Positions 28,673 to 38,034 of a DNA stretch of 45,008 nt are shown piece by piece (the first letter of the stretch is position 1; each line of letters starts with the position of its first letter). Made by a program: the position numbers and the translations under genes. The notes under the pieces are model-generated. The model was given only the letters and a program-made list of their open reading frames with translations, did not search any database and was not told where the DNA came from. The stretch is from Bacteroidales bacterium (lineage in GTDB: Bacteria; Bacteroidota; Bacteroidia; Bacteroidales; UBA1402). The stretch covers positions 1 to 45,008 of the forward strand of contig JAGDCW010000144.1 of the NCBI GenBank assembly GCA_017958305.1, read 5' to 3'.

Positions 28673-29863
28673 ATGAAGCAGAAAGTTGTCGTCGGATTGT
28701 CGGGCGGTGTCGATTCCAGTGTCGCAGCCTGGTTGCTCAAGCAACAGGGCTACGATGTGACGGGGGTCTATATGATCAATTGGAAGGATACCGAGGGCAC
28801 GCTGTCGGGGTCCTGCCCCTACGAAGACGATGTGCTGATTGCCTCCCTGGTGGCACGCAAACTGGAGATCCCTTTCCAGGTGGTCGATTTGAGCGACACC
28901 TACCGCCGTCAGGTGGTGGACTACATGTTTGCCGAGTATGAGAAGGGTCGCACACCCAATCCCGATGTGCTTTGCAACCGGGAAATCAAATTCGATGCCT
29001 TTTGGAAGACGGCCCAGTCGCTGGGCGCCGAAAAGGTGGCAACGGGCCATTACTGCCGTTGCGACCAGGTGAGGGGAGAGGATGGACAGTCGTATTACCG
29101 CTTGCTGGCCGGTACGGACGACAACAAGGACCAGTCGTATTTCCTGTGTCAGCTGTCGCAGGAGCAGCTGTCGCATGCCATGTTCCCCATTGGGGATATG
29201 CTCAAGCCGGAGATCCGCCGCATTGCCGCTTCCCTGGGCCTGGCTACGGCCCAGAAGCGCGATTCGCAGGGCATCTGTTTTGTGGGCAAGGTGGATTTGC
29301 CGGTATTCCTGCAGCAACAACTCTCGGCCAAGGAAGGCGACATCTACGAGATTCCGGCCGATTTCAAGGCCTATGGCCGCAAATATCCCGACGACCTGCA
29401 TCTCAGGCTGCAAAAGCAGTCCACTCCCTATTACTACCGTCCCAAGGACGGCCGTCTGCTGGGCCGCCACCAAGGCGCCCATTTCTACACCGTCGGCCAG
29501 CGTAAGGGCCTGCATATCGGCGGCACGGAAAAGCCTATGTATGTGCTGGCCACCGATATCGAAAACAACTGTCTCTACATGGGTCGCGGCGACGGGCATC
29601 CCGGCCTGTACCGGCGTTCGCTGCTGGTGGCCGCCGACGAGATCCATTGGATCCGTCCCGACAAGGCCATGGCGGTGGGGGAACAGCGCGACTATGCCGT
29701 ACGCATCCGTTATCGCCAGCCTTTGCAACAAGCCCGGCTTTACGCCTTCGAGGAAGGCATCTACATCGAGTTCTCCGAACCGCAGAAAAGCATCGCCGCC
29801 GGCCAGTTTGCCGCCTGGTACGACGGAGACGAACTGGTCGGTTCGGGCGTAATCCACGCCTGA
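28673..29863 (+). CDS. mnmA: tRNA U34 2-thiouridylase MnmA
   Basis: Start at ATG 28673 (MKQKVVVGLSGGVDSSVAA); TPNPDVLCNREIKF, ATGHY, KDQSYFL, DSQGICFVG, YTVGQRKGL. Confidence 0.96.
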   Translation: MKQKVVVGLSGGVDSSVAAWLLKQQGYDVTGVYMINWKDTEGTLSGSCPYEDDVLIASLVARKLEIPFQVVDLSDTYRRQVVDYMFAEYEKGRTPNPDVLCNREIKFDAFWKTAQSLGAEKVATGHYCRCDQVRGEDGQSYYRLLAGTDDNKDQSYFLCQLSQEQLSHAMFPIGDMLKPEIRRIAASLGLATAQKRDSQGICFVGKVDLPVFLQQQLSAKEGDIYEIPADFKAYGRKYPDDLHLRLQKQSTPYYYRPKDGRLLGRHQGAHFYTVGQRKGLHIGGTEKPMYVLATDIENNCLYMGRGDGHPGLYRRSLLVAADEIHWIRPDKAMAVGEQRDYAVRIRYRQPLQQARLYAFEEGIYIEFSEPQKSIAAGQFAAWYDGDELVGSGVIHA

Positions 29864-29867
29864 GGAA

Positions 29868-31877
29868 TTACTGCGGCATTTGCAGGAATTTTAGGAAATC
29901 GTCGGGGTTTTCGCTGAAAGCAAAGGCGGGAGCCAGGGGGCGGCCGTCGGTATCGACGATGACATAGAAGGGCTGGGCGTTGGCACCGAACTTGTGGCGC
30001 TGCAGATAGCTCCATTTGTCGCCCACGGTGCGCAGCTTGCGACGCTGGCCGTATTCTTCGATGATGAGCGGAGAGGGCAGGGCGGTCTTGTCATCGACCA
30101 TCAGGGATATCAAGACATAGTGCCCGCGTATGTAGTCCTTGACGCGGGGATCCTGCCAGACGGCATTCTCCATTTTGCGGCAGTTGACACAGCCGTAGCC
30201 AGAAAAATCGACCAACACTTTTTTGCCATGTTCCCGGGCATAGGCCATGCCTTGTTCATAATCGAGGAAATCAGCTTCGAGCTGTTCGCCGAAAAGCTTG
30301 ATGGTCTGGGTGGACATGGGAGGTGCAAACGCGCTGATGGACTTGAGTGGAGCGCCCAGCAGACCGGGCACCATATAGGCAGCAAAGCCGAAGCAGAGGA
30401 GGGCCAGCGTCAGCGGCAGCGCCTTGATGCGTTTTTTGCCCTTGTCGTCGTGGGGGAAACGTATCACGCCCAACAGGTAGAGGCCGGTGCACAGGGCGAT
30501 GACAATCCACAGGGCGACAAACAGTTCGCGCGGCAGGATGCCCCAGCCATAGGCCAGATCGGCCACGGAGAGGAATTTCAGCGAAAAAGCCAGTTCGAAG
30601 AATCCCAGCACGACTTTGACCGAGTTGAGCCAACCGCCGCTCTTGGGCAGCGACTGCATCATGTTGGGAAAGACGGCAAACAAGCTGAAGGGCAGGGCCA
30701 GCGCCAGGGCAAATCCGCCCATGCCGACGGCGGGGCCGGTGAGCGAGCCTTGCGAAGCCGCTTCGACCAGCAGAGTGCCGATGATGGGACCGGTGCAGGA
30801 GAAGGAAACCAGCACCAGGGTGAAGGCCATGAAGAAGATGCTGACCAGCCCGGAGGTGCTGTCGGAACGTTTGTCCATTTTGTTGGCCCAGGAGGCGGGC
30901 AACACAATGTCGAACAGCCCGAAGAAGGACAGGGCGAAAGCCACCAGCAAAAGGAAAAACAGCAGATTGAACAAGGCGTTGGTGGCCAGGTTGTTCAAGG
31001 CACTGGCACCGAAAATGAGCGTGATGCCCAGTCCCATGAGCAAATAGATGACCACGATGGAGGCTCCATAGCAGAGAGCATCCTGGATGGCTTTGCGCCG
31101 GCTGCGGGTACGTTTCAGGAAAAAGCTGACCGTCATGGGAATGATGGGCCAGACGCAGGGGGTGAGCAGGGCCAGCAGCCCGCCCAGGAAACCCAGGGCG
31201 AACAGGCGCCAGAGCGAGCGGTCTGGGCCGGTGGCCTGTGCTCCGAAGGCTTGCAGTTCTTCGATGACGGGGGCCCATAGCTGAGGCTGGCTACTGAGCC
31301 GGTCGGAGATGTCGCCCCCGACTGCGGCTGTTGTCTCGGCTGCCGTGTCGCTATCGGACAAAAGAGATTCCCGGCCCGATCGAAAATCCAGGTTGCAGGG
31401 GGCCAGGCAGGTCTCGTCGTTGCAGACCATGAAACGTATGTATCCTTTGATGGCCAAGTGCTCCGTGTCGGTGACTTCGAGCGGCAGGAAGAAAGCGGCC
31501 GTATCCTGATGCATGCGCAGGGTCATGCCGAACACCTTGTCGTCGTAGGCGACAGGCGTGGTCAGGTTGCGGACACTGCCGCGTGGCTGAGCGCCTTGTA
31601 TTTCTTCCAAGACGAACTCCGTCGAGGTGGGCCCCCCTTGGGGCAGATCGATGTCGTACAGATGCCAGGGACGCTTGACGGCGGCTTGGAACACCAGCCC
31701 GCTGTCCGACAGCGTATGGCTCCATTGGACAACGGAGGAGGCTTCGATCTGTTGCTGCGCCTGGCCGAAGGCAAAAGGCCGGGCATTGCCCTGGGCCGAC
31801 AGGGAGGCGGGCTGCAGGGCCACTGCGAGAAGGGTCGGCAGCAAGAGCTTTTGCCATATCATACGGGGATGCTTCAT
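29868..31877 (-). CDS. dsbD: Thiol:disulfide interchange protein DsbD (three-domain)
   Basis: Start at ATG 31877 (MKHPRMIWQKLLL... signal peptide). Alpha domain CNDETC, membrane domain LTPCVWP and FSCTGP, thioredoxin domain GYGCVNCRKME. Confidence 0.92.
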   Translation of the reverse strand: MKHPRMIWQKLLLPTLLAVALQPASLSAQGNARPFAFGQAQQQIEASSVVQWSHTLSDSGLVFQAAVKRPWHLYDIDLPQGGPTSTEFVLEEIQGAQPRGSVRNLTTPVAYDDKVFGMTLRMHQDTAAFFLPLEVTDTEHLAIKGYIRFMVCNDETCLAPCNLDFRSGRESLLSDSDTAAETTAAVGGDISDRLSSQPQLWAPVIEELQAFGAQATGPDRSLWRLFALGFLGGLLALLTPCVWPIIPMTVSFFLKRTRSRRKAIQDALCYGASIVVIYLLMGLGITLIFGASALNNLATNALFNLLFFLLLVAFALSFFGLFDIVLPASWANKMDKRSDSTSGLVSIFFMAFTLVLVSFSCTGPIIGTLLVEAASQGSLTGPAVGMGGFALALALPFSLFAVFPNMMQSLPKSGGWLNSVKVVLGFFELAFSLKFLSVADLAYGWGILPRELFVALWIVIALCTGLYLLGVIRFPHDDKGKKRIKALPLTLALLCFGFAAYMVPGLLGAPLKSISAFAPPMSTQTIKLFGEQLEADFLDYEQGMAYAREHGKKVLVDFSGYGCVNCRKMENAVWQDPRVKDYIRGHYVLISLMVDDKTALPSPLIIEEYGQRRKLRTVGDKWSYLQRHKFGANAQPFYVIVDTDGRPLAPAFAFSENPDDFLKFLQMPQ

Positions 31878-31885
31878 GATGGTTC

Positions 31886-33790
31886 TCAATTGTCTGTTAT
31901 GTCTTCGGTGGGGGCAAAGGGCTCGCGCCAGGTGCAACCTTCCCGCCACCGGCTGCAACCGTAGGCGGTGCGTCCGCGGATGATGCGGCCTTGCTGGCAA
32001 AGCGGACAAAGGTCGCCGGTCTTGTCGCTCTTGACGGAAACCATCAGCTGGGACACCATTTCCTTGAGCTCGGCCAGGAAGTCGCTTGCCTGGTATTTGC
32101 CGTGCTCGATTTCGCGAAGTTTCTTTTCCCAACGGCCTGTGAGCTCGGCCGACTTGAGCAGGGCGTCGTTGATGGTATGTATCAGATCGATGCCCGTGGA
32201 GGTGGGCACCAGATTCTTGCGCTCTTTGACGATGTAGTTGCGTTTGAACAATGTCTCGATGATGGCTGCCCGCGTACTGGGCCGTCCGATGCCGTTCTCC
32301 TTGAGGGCGTCGCGCAGCGTCTCGTCTTCGACCGTCTTGCCGGCTGTTTCCATGGCCCGCAACAGGGTGGCCTCGGTATAGGGTTTGGGCGGGGTGGTCT
32401 GCTTGGCGGCCAGTTGGGGCTCGTGAGGACCGCTTTCACCCACGACAAAAGCAGGCAGGGTCTTTTCGTCTTCCTCGTTTTCGCCCTCCAGGGGGCTGTC
32501 CGATTGGAATACCACCCGCCAGCCGGGCGACAGGATCTGCTTGCCGTTCACTTTGAAGGGCACCTGGGCCGCCATGCCTTGCACCGTGGTGGTGGCTATC
32601 AGGCAGTCGGGATGGAAAGCGGCGATGAAACGACGGGCCACCAGGTCGTAAACTTTCATTTCGCGCTCGCTCAGGCCGACCGGTTTCATGCCGGTGGGGA
32701 TGATGGCGTGGTGGTCGGTGACCTTGCTGTTGTCGAACACCTTCTTGCTTTTGGGCAGTTTCTTGGCCTGGAGCAAGGGGGAAATCAGGTCGGGATAGAG
32801 ATCGCGGATGCCTTGCAGCGTGCCGGGCACCTTGGGATAGATGTCATCGCTCAGGAAGGTGGTATCGACACGGGGATAGGTGGTGGCCTTCTTTTCGTAG
32901 AGGCTCTGGATGAGTTGCAAGGTCTCGTCGGCCGAGAAGGAAAACTTCTTGTTGCATTCCACCTGCAGGGAGGTCAGGTCGAAGAGCCGGGGGGCGAATT
33001 CCTTGCCGTTCTTCTTTTCCACCCCCGTCACGACAAAGGGAGCCTCCTGTATCCCGGCCAGGCAGTCCCGGGCCTCCTCTTCCTTGTCGAAGCGGCCTTT
33101 GGCAGCCGAGAAGACGGTGTCGCGATAGGTGGTTTTCAGTTCCCAGTAGGGTTCTGGTTTGAAATGGTCGATTTCCTCCTGGCGGCGGACTATCAAGGCC
33201 AGGGTAGGGGTCTGCACCCGGCCGATGGACAGCACTTGCCGGTCTTTGCCGTAGCGCAGGGTATAGGCCCTGGTGGCGTTCATGCCCAGCAGCCAGTCGC
33301 CGATGGCCCGCATCAGACCGGCTTCATAAAGCGACTGGTAATCTTCGGCAGGTTTGAGATGGTCGAAGCCTTCCTTGATGGCTTCCGGGGTAAGCGAGGA
33401 TATCCAGAGCCGTTGCACCGGACACGGGCAATGGGCCTTCTGCAAGACCCAGCGCTGGATGAGTTCGCCCTCCTGGCCGGCATCGCCGCAGTTGATGACC
33501 AGGTCGGCCTGTGTGACCAGGGAGCGGATGATGTTGAATTGTTTCTGCACGCCGTCATCGTCGGCCACCTTGATGGAAAAGCGTTCGGGAATCATCGGCA
33601 GCCGGCTGAGCGCCCAGGGTTTCCAATAGTCGGAATATTCCTGAGGCTCGAGCAGACGGCAAAGATGGCCGAAAGTCCAGGTGACCTGGTAACCGTTGCC
33701 TTCGAGATAGCCGTCCCGGCGCCCAGTGGCTCCCAGTACAGCGGCAATGTCTCGGGCAACGGATGGTTTCTCGGCAATGCAGACAATCAT
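31886..33790 (-). CDS. topB: Type IA DNA topoisomerase III
   Basis: Start at ATG 33790 (MIVCIAEKPSVARDIA); CGDAGQEGELI, SIGRVQTPTL, catalytic TTYPRVD, GIGRPSTRA, C-terminal CPLC...GCSRWREGC. Confidence 0.95.
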   Translation of the reverse strand: MIVCIAEKPSVARDIAAVLGATGRRDGYLEGNGYQVTWTFGHLCRLLEPQEYSDYWKPWALSRLPMIPERFSIKVADDDGVQKQFNIIRSLVTQADLVINCGDAGQEGELIQRWVLQKAHCPCPVQRLWISSLTPEAIKEGFDHLKPAEDYQSLYEAGLMRAIGDWLLGMNATRAYTLRYGKDRQVLSIGRVQTPTLALIVRRQEEIDHFKPEPYWELKTTYRDTVFSAAKGRFDKEEEARDCLAGIQEAPFVVTGVEKKNGKEFAPRLFDLTSLQVECNKKFSFSADETLQLIQSLYEKKATTYPRVDTTFLSDDIYPKVPGTLQGIRDLYPDLISPLLQAKKLPKSKKVFDNSKVTDHHAIIPTGMKPVGLSEREMKVYDLVARRFIAAFHPDCLIATTTVQGMAAQVPFKVNGKQILSPGWRVVFQSDSPLEGENEEDEKTLPAFVVGESGPHEPQLAAKQTTPPKPYTEATLLRAMETAGKTVEDETLRDALKENGIGRPSTRAAIIETLFKRNYIVKERKNLVPTSTGIDLIHTINDALLKSAELTGRWEKKLREIEHGKYQASDFLAELKEMVSQLMVSVKSDKTGDLCPLCQQGRIIRGRTAYGCSRWREGCTWREPFAPTEDITDN

Positions 33791-33798
33791 TGCAGGGA

Positions 33799-33957
33799 TC
33801 AGGCCTTGTTGAAATCGTCCTTGCCTACGCCGCAGAGCGGGCAGGTCCAATCGTCGGGCAACTCTTCGAAAGGAGTGCCGGGAGCAATGCCGTTGTCGGG
33901 ATCGCCTACTGCCGGGTCGTAAGTGTAACCGCAGACGTCACATACATACTTGTCCAT
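33799..33957 (-). CDS. Rubredoxin (52 aa; not in the ORF track)
   Basis: Manual translation: [52 protein letters not shown], with two CxxCG knuckles and the classic rubredoxin spacing. Confidence 0.97.
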   Translation of the reverse strand: MDKYVCDVCGYTYDPAVGDPDNGIAPGTPFEELPDDWTCPLCGVGKDDFNKA

Positions 33958-34012
33958 AGTTGTTTGATTTTAAGGTGAATAAAAAATATCCGCCACGCAG
34001 GCGGGTTATATG

Positions 34013-34044
34013 CAAATATAAGGCATGCTGCAGGCAGATGCAAA
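34013..34044 (-). promoter_or_regulatory. Sigma-A promoter for rubredoxin-topB-dsbD
   Basis: On -: TTTG (34044-34041), 20 nt, TATATTTG (34020-34013). Confidence 0.75.
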
Positions 34045-34070
34045 CAAATCGGCCGATAAACACAAATAAA

Positions 34071-34102
34071 TTTGTGAGTGGGAGCGAATTGCCGTATCTT
34101 TG
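34071..34102 (+). promoter_or_regulatory. Sigma-A promoter for the acyl-CoA ligase
   Basis: TTTG (34071-34074), 20 nt, TATCTTTG (34095-34102). Confidence 0.75.
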
Positions 34103-34160
34103 CGTTGTTTTGCACACATATGTCGCAAAAAAGACATCTAACCAATAGAGGAAATCTGTT

Positions 34161-35837
34161 ATGGCAGAAAACAAAAACTGGAGTCCGGTAAGGCATTTCT
34201 TTGACTACTACAACCGGACGATCCCCCAAAACTGGAACGAACTGGCATTGACCGACTACGACGGTGAACTGAACTACACTTTCGGCCAGATGGCCGCCCA
34301 AATGGCCAAGATACAGCTGTTGCTGGAGACGGCCGGCATCGGAAAAGGCGACAAAGTGGTGATTTGCAGCCGCAACTGCGCCAACTGGGCCATCTCTTTC
34401 CTGAGCATCGCCGCCAACCGCGGTGTGGTGGTTTCCGTCATGGACGCCTTCGTGGGCTCCGATATCGAGAAACTGGTCAACCACTCCGATGCCAAGGCCC
34501 TTTTTGCAGGCCCGGCAGTGTGGGACAAGATCGACATGGCCAATATGCTCGGTCTGGAACTGGTTGTCGGAACCGAGAGTTTTGAATTGCTCTACGGCAA
34601 GGGCAAGAAGCAACAGCAGGCATACGCCGCCCTGGAAGAGGCTTTCAAGGAGCGCTATCCCAAGGGCTACCAGAAGGAGGATGTCGCTTTCCCAACCGAC
34701 AACCTGGACGATCTGCTCATCATCAACTATACTTCCGGCACCACCAGCGATCCCAAGGGCGTGATGCTGTCCTACCGGGCCATTTCCGCCAATGTCCAGT
34801 TCAGCCAGGAAGCCATCCCCAACCACAGCGGCTGGACCGAAGTCTGCATGCTGCCGTTGGCCCACATGTTCGGCATGACCATCGAGTTCCTGTATCAGGT
34901 GGCCGGTGGTTGCCATGTCTATTTCCTGAGCAAGACCCCTTCGCCCTCGGTGCTGATGAAAGCCTATGCCGAGGCCAAACCCTATATGATCCTGACCGTG
35001 CCCCTGGTACTGGAAAAGATTTTCAAAGCCAAGATTTTCCCCGCATTGGAAAGACCTTTGGTAAAGATCCTGTGGCATACGCCTCTGCTGTGGAAGATCG
35101 TAGGCAAGAAGATCTACAGCCAGCTGATGGACGCTTTCGGCGGCAACCTGATCTGGTTGATCACCGGCGGTGCCGCCATCAACCAGGAAGTGGAGAAGAT
35201 TTTCCGGCGCATCAAGTTTCCCTTTGTGGTGGGTTACGGCATGACCGAATGCGGTCCGCTGATCTGCTATCAGGATTGGAACAAGGAAGTGCTGGGTTGC
35301 TGCGGTGTTGTTGTATCGCGCAACGAACTCAAGATCGACTCGGCCGATCCTTACACCATCGTCGGTGAAATCCTGGTACGCGGCGAGCATGTGATGATGG
35401 GTTACTACAAGAACGAAGAAGCCACCCGTGCCGCTTTGGACGAGGAAGGCTGGCTGCATACCGGCGACCTGGGTCTGATTGACCACGAAGGCCACCTCTT
35501 CATCAAGGGACGCAGCAAGGCCATGATTCTCAGTTCAAACGGCCAGAATATCTATCCCGAGGAAATCGAGGACAAAATCAACAACCTCTTCGGGGTGGAA
35601 GAATCGGTGGTCGTCGGCCGTGAAGGCGGCAAGCTGGTTGCCCTGGTCTATCCCGACTATTCGCTGGAGGGCAAGCCCGAACTGCAGGGCAAGACCCTGG
35701 CCGAGGTGATGGAAGAGAATCGCGAGAAACTCAACAATATGCTGCCTCATTACGCCCGCGTGAGCGAATTCGAACTGGTCAAGGAAGAATTCCAGAAAAC
35801 GCCCAAGCGCAGCATCCGCCGCTTCCTCTACAAATAA
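34161..35837 (+). CDS. Long-chain fatty acid-CoA ligase (AMP-binding family)
   Basis: INYTSGTTSDPKGVMLS, LPLAHMFG, GYGMTECGP, WLHTGDLG, NGQNIYPEEIE, KTPKRSIRR. Confidence 0.92.
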   Translation: MAENKNWSPVRHFFDYYNRTIPQNWNELALTDYDGELNYTFGQMAAQMAKIQLLLETAGIGKGDKVVICSRNCANWAISFLSIAANRGVVVSVMDAFVGSDIEKLVNHSDAKALFAGPAVWDKIDMANMLGLELVVGTESFELLYGKGKKQQQAYAALEEAFKERYPKGYQKEDVAFPTDNLDDLLIINYTSGTTSDPKGVMLSYRAISANVQFSQEAIPNHSGWTEVCMLPLAHMFGMTIEFLYQVAGGCHVYFLSKTPSPSVLMKAYAEAKPYMILTVPLVLEKIFKAKIFPALERPLVKILWHTPLLWKIVGKKIYSQLMDAFGGNLIWLITGGAAINQEVEKIFRRIKFPFVVGYGMTECGPLICYQDWNKEVLGCCGVVVSRNELKIDSADPYTIVGEILVRGEHVMMGYYKNEEATRAALDEEGWLHTGDLGLIDHEGHLFIKGRSKAMILSSNGQNIYPEEIEDKINNLFGVEESVVVGREGGKLVALVYPDYSLEGKPELQGKTLAEVMEENREKLNNMLPHYARVSEFELVKEEFQKTPKRSIRRFLYK

Positions 35838-35853
35838 GAGGTGGCGAACCGAC

Positions 35854-35896
35854 AAAAGAAAGCCGGGCAGAGACATCCTCTGTCCGGCTTTATTAT
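35854..35896. terminator. Bidirectional intrinsic terminator between convergent genes
   Basis: Stem AGCCGGGCAGAG/CTCTGTCCGGCT (35861-35889), with AAAAGAA on the left and TTATTAT on the right. Confidence 0.75.
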
Positions 35897-35920
35897 GATA
35901 TGCTTTGGGGAGGCGCTTTG

Positions 35921-37333
35921 TTACACGCCCTTGCCCAACAACAGCGGTTTGACGGTGAAAACCAGGATCTTGAGATCCATCAGCAAAGACTGTTTTTTGA
36001 GGTAAATCAAATCGTAGTCGAGGCGCTCGATCATCTTGTCGACCGAGTCGGCGTAGCCGTACTTGACTTCGCCCAGGGAGGTGACACCGGGCTTGACCTG
36101 CCAGACCAGGCGGTAGTGGGGCGCCTGCTCGAGGATCTGCCGGGCATAAAACTCCCGTTCGGGCCGGGGACCGACCAGGGTCATTTCCCCTTTCAGCACA
36201 TTGTAGAGCTGTGGCAGTTCGTCGAGGCGGTATTTGCGCATGGTGCGCCCGAAGGGCGTGATGCGGCTGTCGTTGACCGAGGAGAGCAGGGGCCCGTCGC
36301 TCTCGGCCTCCTTGTACATGGTGCGGAACTTGATAATGTTGAATGGCTTGGCATGCTTGCCCAAACGTTGTTGGCGATAGAACACGGGGCCGTCGGAGTC
36401 GCGGCGAACACGGATGGCCAGGTAGAGGAACAGCGGACTGAGCAGAATGAGGCCCAGGCTGCTGAGCAGGATGTCGCCCAGGCGCTTCAGGTGGCGCTCG
36501 GCGGCCGACATGCCGGTGGGCGTCAGACGACGGAGCGGCACGCCCGAGACGGAGTAGAGCGAGACATCCGACAGGAGGACTTCCTGGGGGTGGATGGTGG
36601 TGTGTATCTCCAGTCCATAGGCATAGAGCCGGTCGGCCACTTGACGGATACGGGCGTCATCGCGCTGGTCAATGGCGATGATCAGGCTTTCGGTGTGTTC
36701 GCGGGCGATGATCCGGTCCAGTTCTTCGAGTGTGCCCAGCACCGGGCCTTGAACCAGCACTTTCTCGTCGGGCGAGGCTTTGACAAAGCCCTGGGCCAGA
36801 TAGACGGAGCTGTTCTTGCGACGGCTCAGGTACTGGCGTATGTCCTCGGCTTCCTGTCCGCAACCGATGACCAGGGCCGATACGCCCACTTTGCCGGCGG
36901 CATGGCGGTTGAGCATCAGCGTGGTGAGCAGCAGGCGCGGCAGCAGCGTGCAGAAGAAGTGGATGAGCAGCAAGCCGGCAAAGACACTGTAGAACTGGGT
37001 GTACTGGGCCGGGTAGTCGTTGATGATGACCGTGAAGAAGATGAGCAGGCTGCCTATGATGGCACTGAAGAAGGTGGACAGCAGATCGGAACCGGTGTTC
37101 TTGCGCCGGGGTTGCCGGTAATAGCCCAGAAAGGCGTAGAGCAGCACCCACAGCAGGGGCAGGACAAGGCTCATGGCATAGGCCTTGGGATTGTTCAGGA
37201 AGGCCCATACCGTGTCGAATTCGATGGTAGAGCGGAACTCATAGAAACGGAAGGCGTTGAACAACTGCCAGGCGACCAGCGCCGACAGATAGTCAAAGCA
37301 GATATAGCGTAGTATGCGTTTGCGATCGCTCAT
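35921..37333 (-). CDS. Polyprenyl-phosphate sugar-phosphate (priming) transferase, WcaJ/WbaP-like
   Basis: N-terminal TMs, Rossmann-like ALVIGCG domain, KRLGDI, KFRTM, RITPFGRTMRKYRLDELPQLYNVLKGEMTLVGPRPE, VKPGVT. Confidence 0.92.
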   Translation of the reverse strand: MSDRKRILRYICFDYLSALVAWQLFNAFRFYEFRSTIEFDTVWAFLNNPKAYAMSLVLPLLWVLLYAFLGYYRQPRRKNTGSDLLSTFFSAIIGSLLIFFTVIINDYPAQYTQFYSVFAGLLLIHFFCTLLPRLLLTTLMLNRHAAGKVGVSALVIGCGQEAEDIRQYLSRRKNSSVYLAQGFVKASPDEKVLVQGPVLGTLEELDRIIAREHTESLIIAIDQRDDARIRQVADRLYAYGLEIHTTIHPQEVLLSDVSLYSVSGVPLRRLTPTGMSAAERHLKRLGDILLSSLGLILLSPLFLYLAIRVRRDSDGPVFYRQQRLGKHAKPFNIIKFRTMYKEAESDGPLLSSVNDSRITPFGRTMRKYRLDELPQLYNVLKGEMTLVGPRPEREFYARQILEQAPHYRLVWQVKPGVTSLGEVKYGYADSVDKMIERLDYDLIYLKKQSLLMDLKILVFTVKPLLLGKGV

Positions 37334-37344
37334 GGAAAGGGTAT

Positions 37345-37914
37345 TCAGGGTCGGATGATACGGATCTGGCCGCCTGCGCCCAACTTGACAATGGAAGAGG
37401 GAGCGGCTTTGACTTTTTCGTCCCGACGGTAATCGACTATGTAGTCCACGGACTTTCGGATTTCTTCCGAAATCTCGGCGAAACAGGCAGGCGAAGGTTC
37501 GCCGGCGATGTTGGCCGAGGTCGAGACGATGGCTTTGTGGAAGGCTTGGCAGAGCCCTTGCGAAAAGGCTTCCCGGGTGATGCGGATGCCGATGCTGCCG
37601 TCTTCGGCGATCAGGTTGGGCGCCAGGTTGCGGGCCCCGTCGTAGATGATGGTCATCGGCTTGTCGGCCAATTCGGTCAGGTCCCAGGCCAGGTCGGGCA
37701 GTTCCTGCACATAGGCGGCCACTTTCTGGATGGAATCGACCAGTACCAGCATGGCCTTGCTTTCGGCCCGGCGCTTGATCTCATAGACACGCCGCACAGC
37801 CTCGGGGTTGGTGGCGTCGCAGCCCAGCCCCCAGATGGTGTCGGTCGGGTAGAGGATCACCCCGCCCCCGATGAGCACTTCGCGTGCCTTCTTGATTTCC
37901 TGACTCAGAGACAT
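37345..37914 (-). CDS. tsaC: L-threonylcarbamoyladenylate synthase (TsaC/Sua5/YrdC)
   Basis: ILYPTDTIWGLGCDA, IKRRAESK, IVSTSAN, PSSIVK. Confidence 0.94.
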   Translation of the reverse strand: MSLSQEIKKAREVLIGGGVILYPTDTIWGLGCDATNPEAVRRVYEIKRRAESKAMLVLVDSIQKVAAYVQELPDLAWDLTELADKPMTIIYDGARNLAPNLIAEDGSIGIRITREAFSQGLCQAFHKAIVSTSANIAGEPSPACFAEISEEIRKSVDYIVDYRRDEKVKAAPSSIVKLGAGGQIRIIRP

Positions 37915-37921
37915 GGCGGTA

Positions 37922-37929
37922 CAAAGATA
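37922..37929 (-). promoter_or_regulatory. -7 box TATCTTTG only 7 nt upstream of the tsaC ATG
   Basis: On -: TATCTTTG-TACCGCC-ATG. No canonical -33 seen. Confidence 0.55.
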
Positions 37930-38002
37930 CTAAAACAGCCAGATATACTATGTAACGTGAAACGGGCTTTTTTAGTGTCCTTCCGGGGGAGAATAAAATT
38001 TA

Positions 38003-38034
38003 TTTGCGATTGGCCTTAATTTGCCGTACATTTG
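38003..38034 (+). promoter_or_regulatory. Sigma-A promoter for recJ-recQ
   Basis: TTTG (38003-38006), 20 nt, TACATTTG (38027-38034). Confidence 0.75.
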
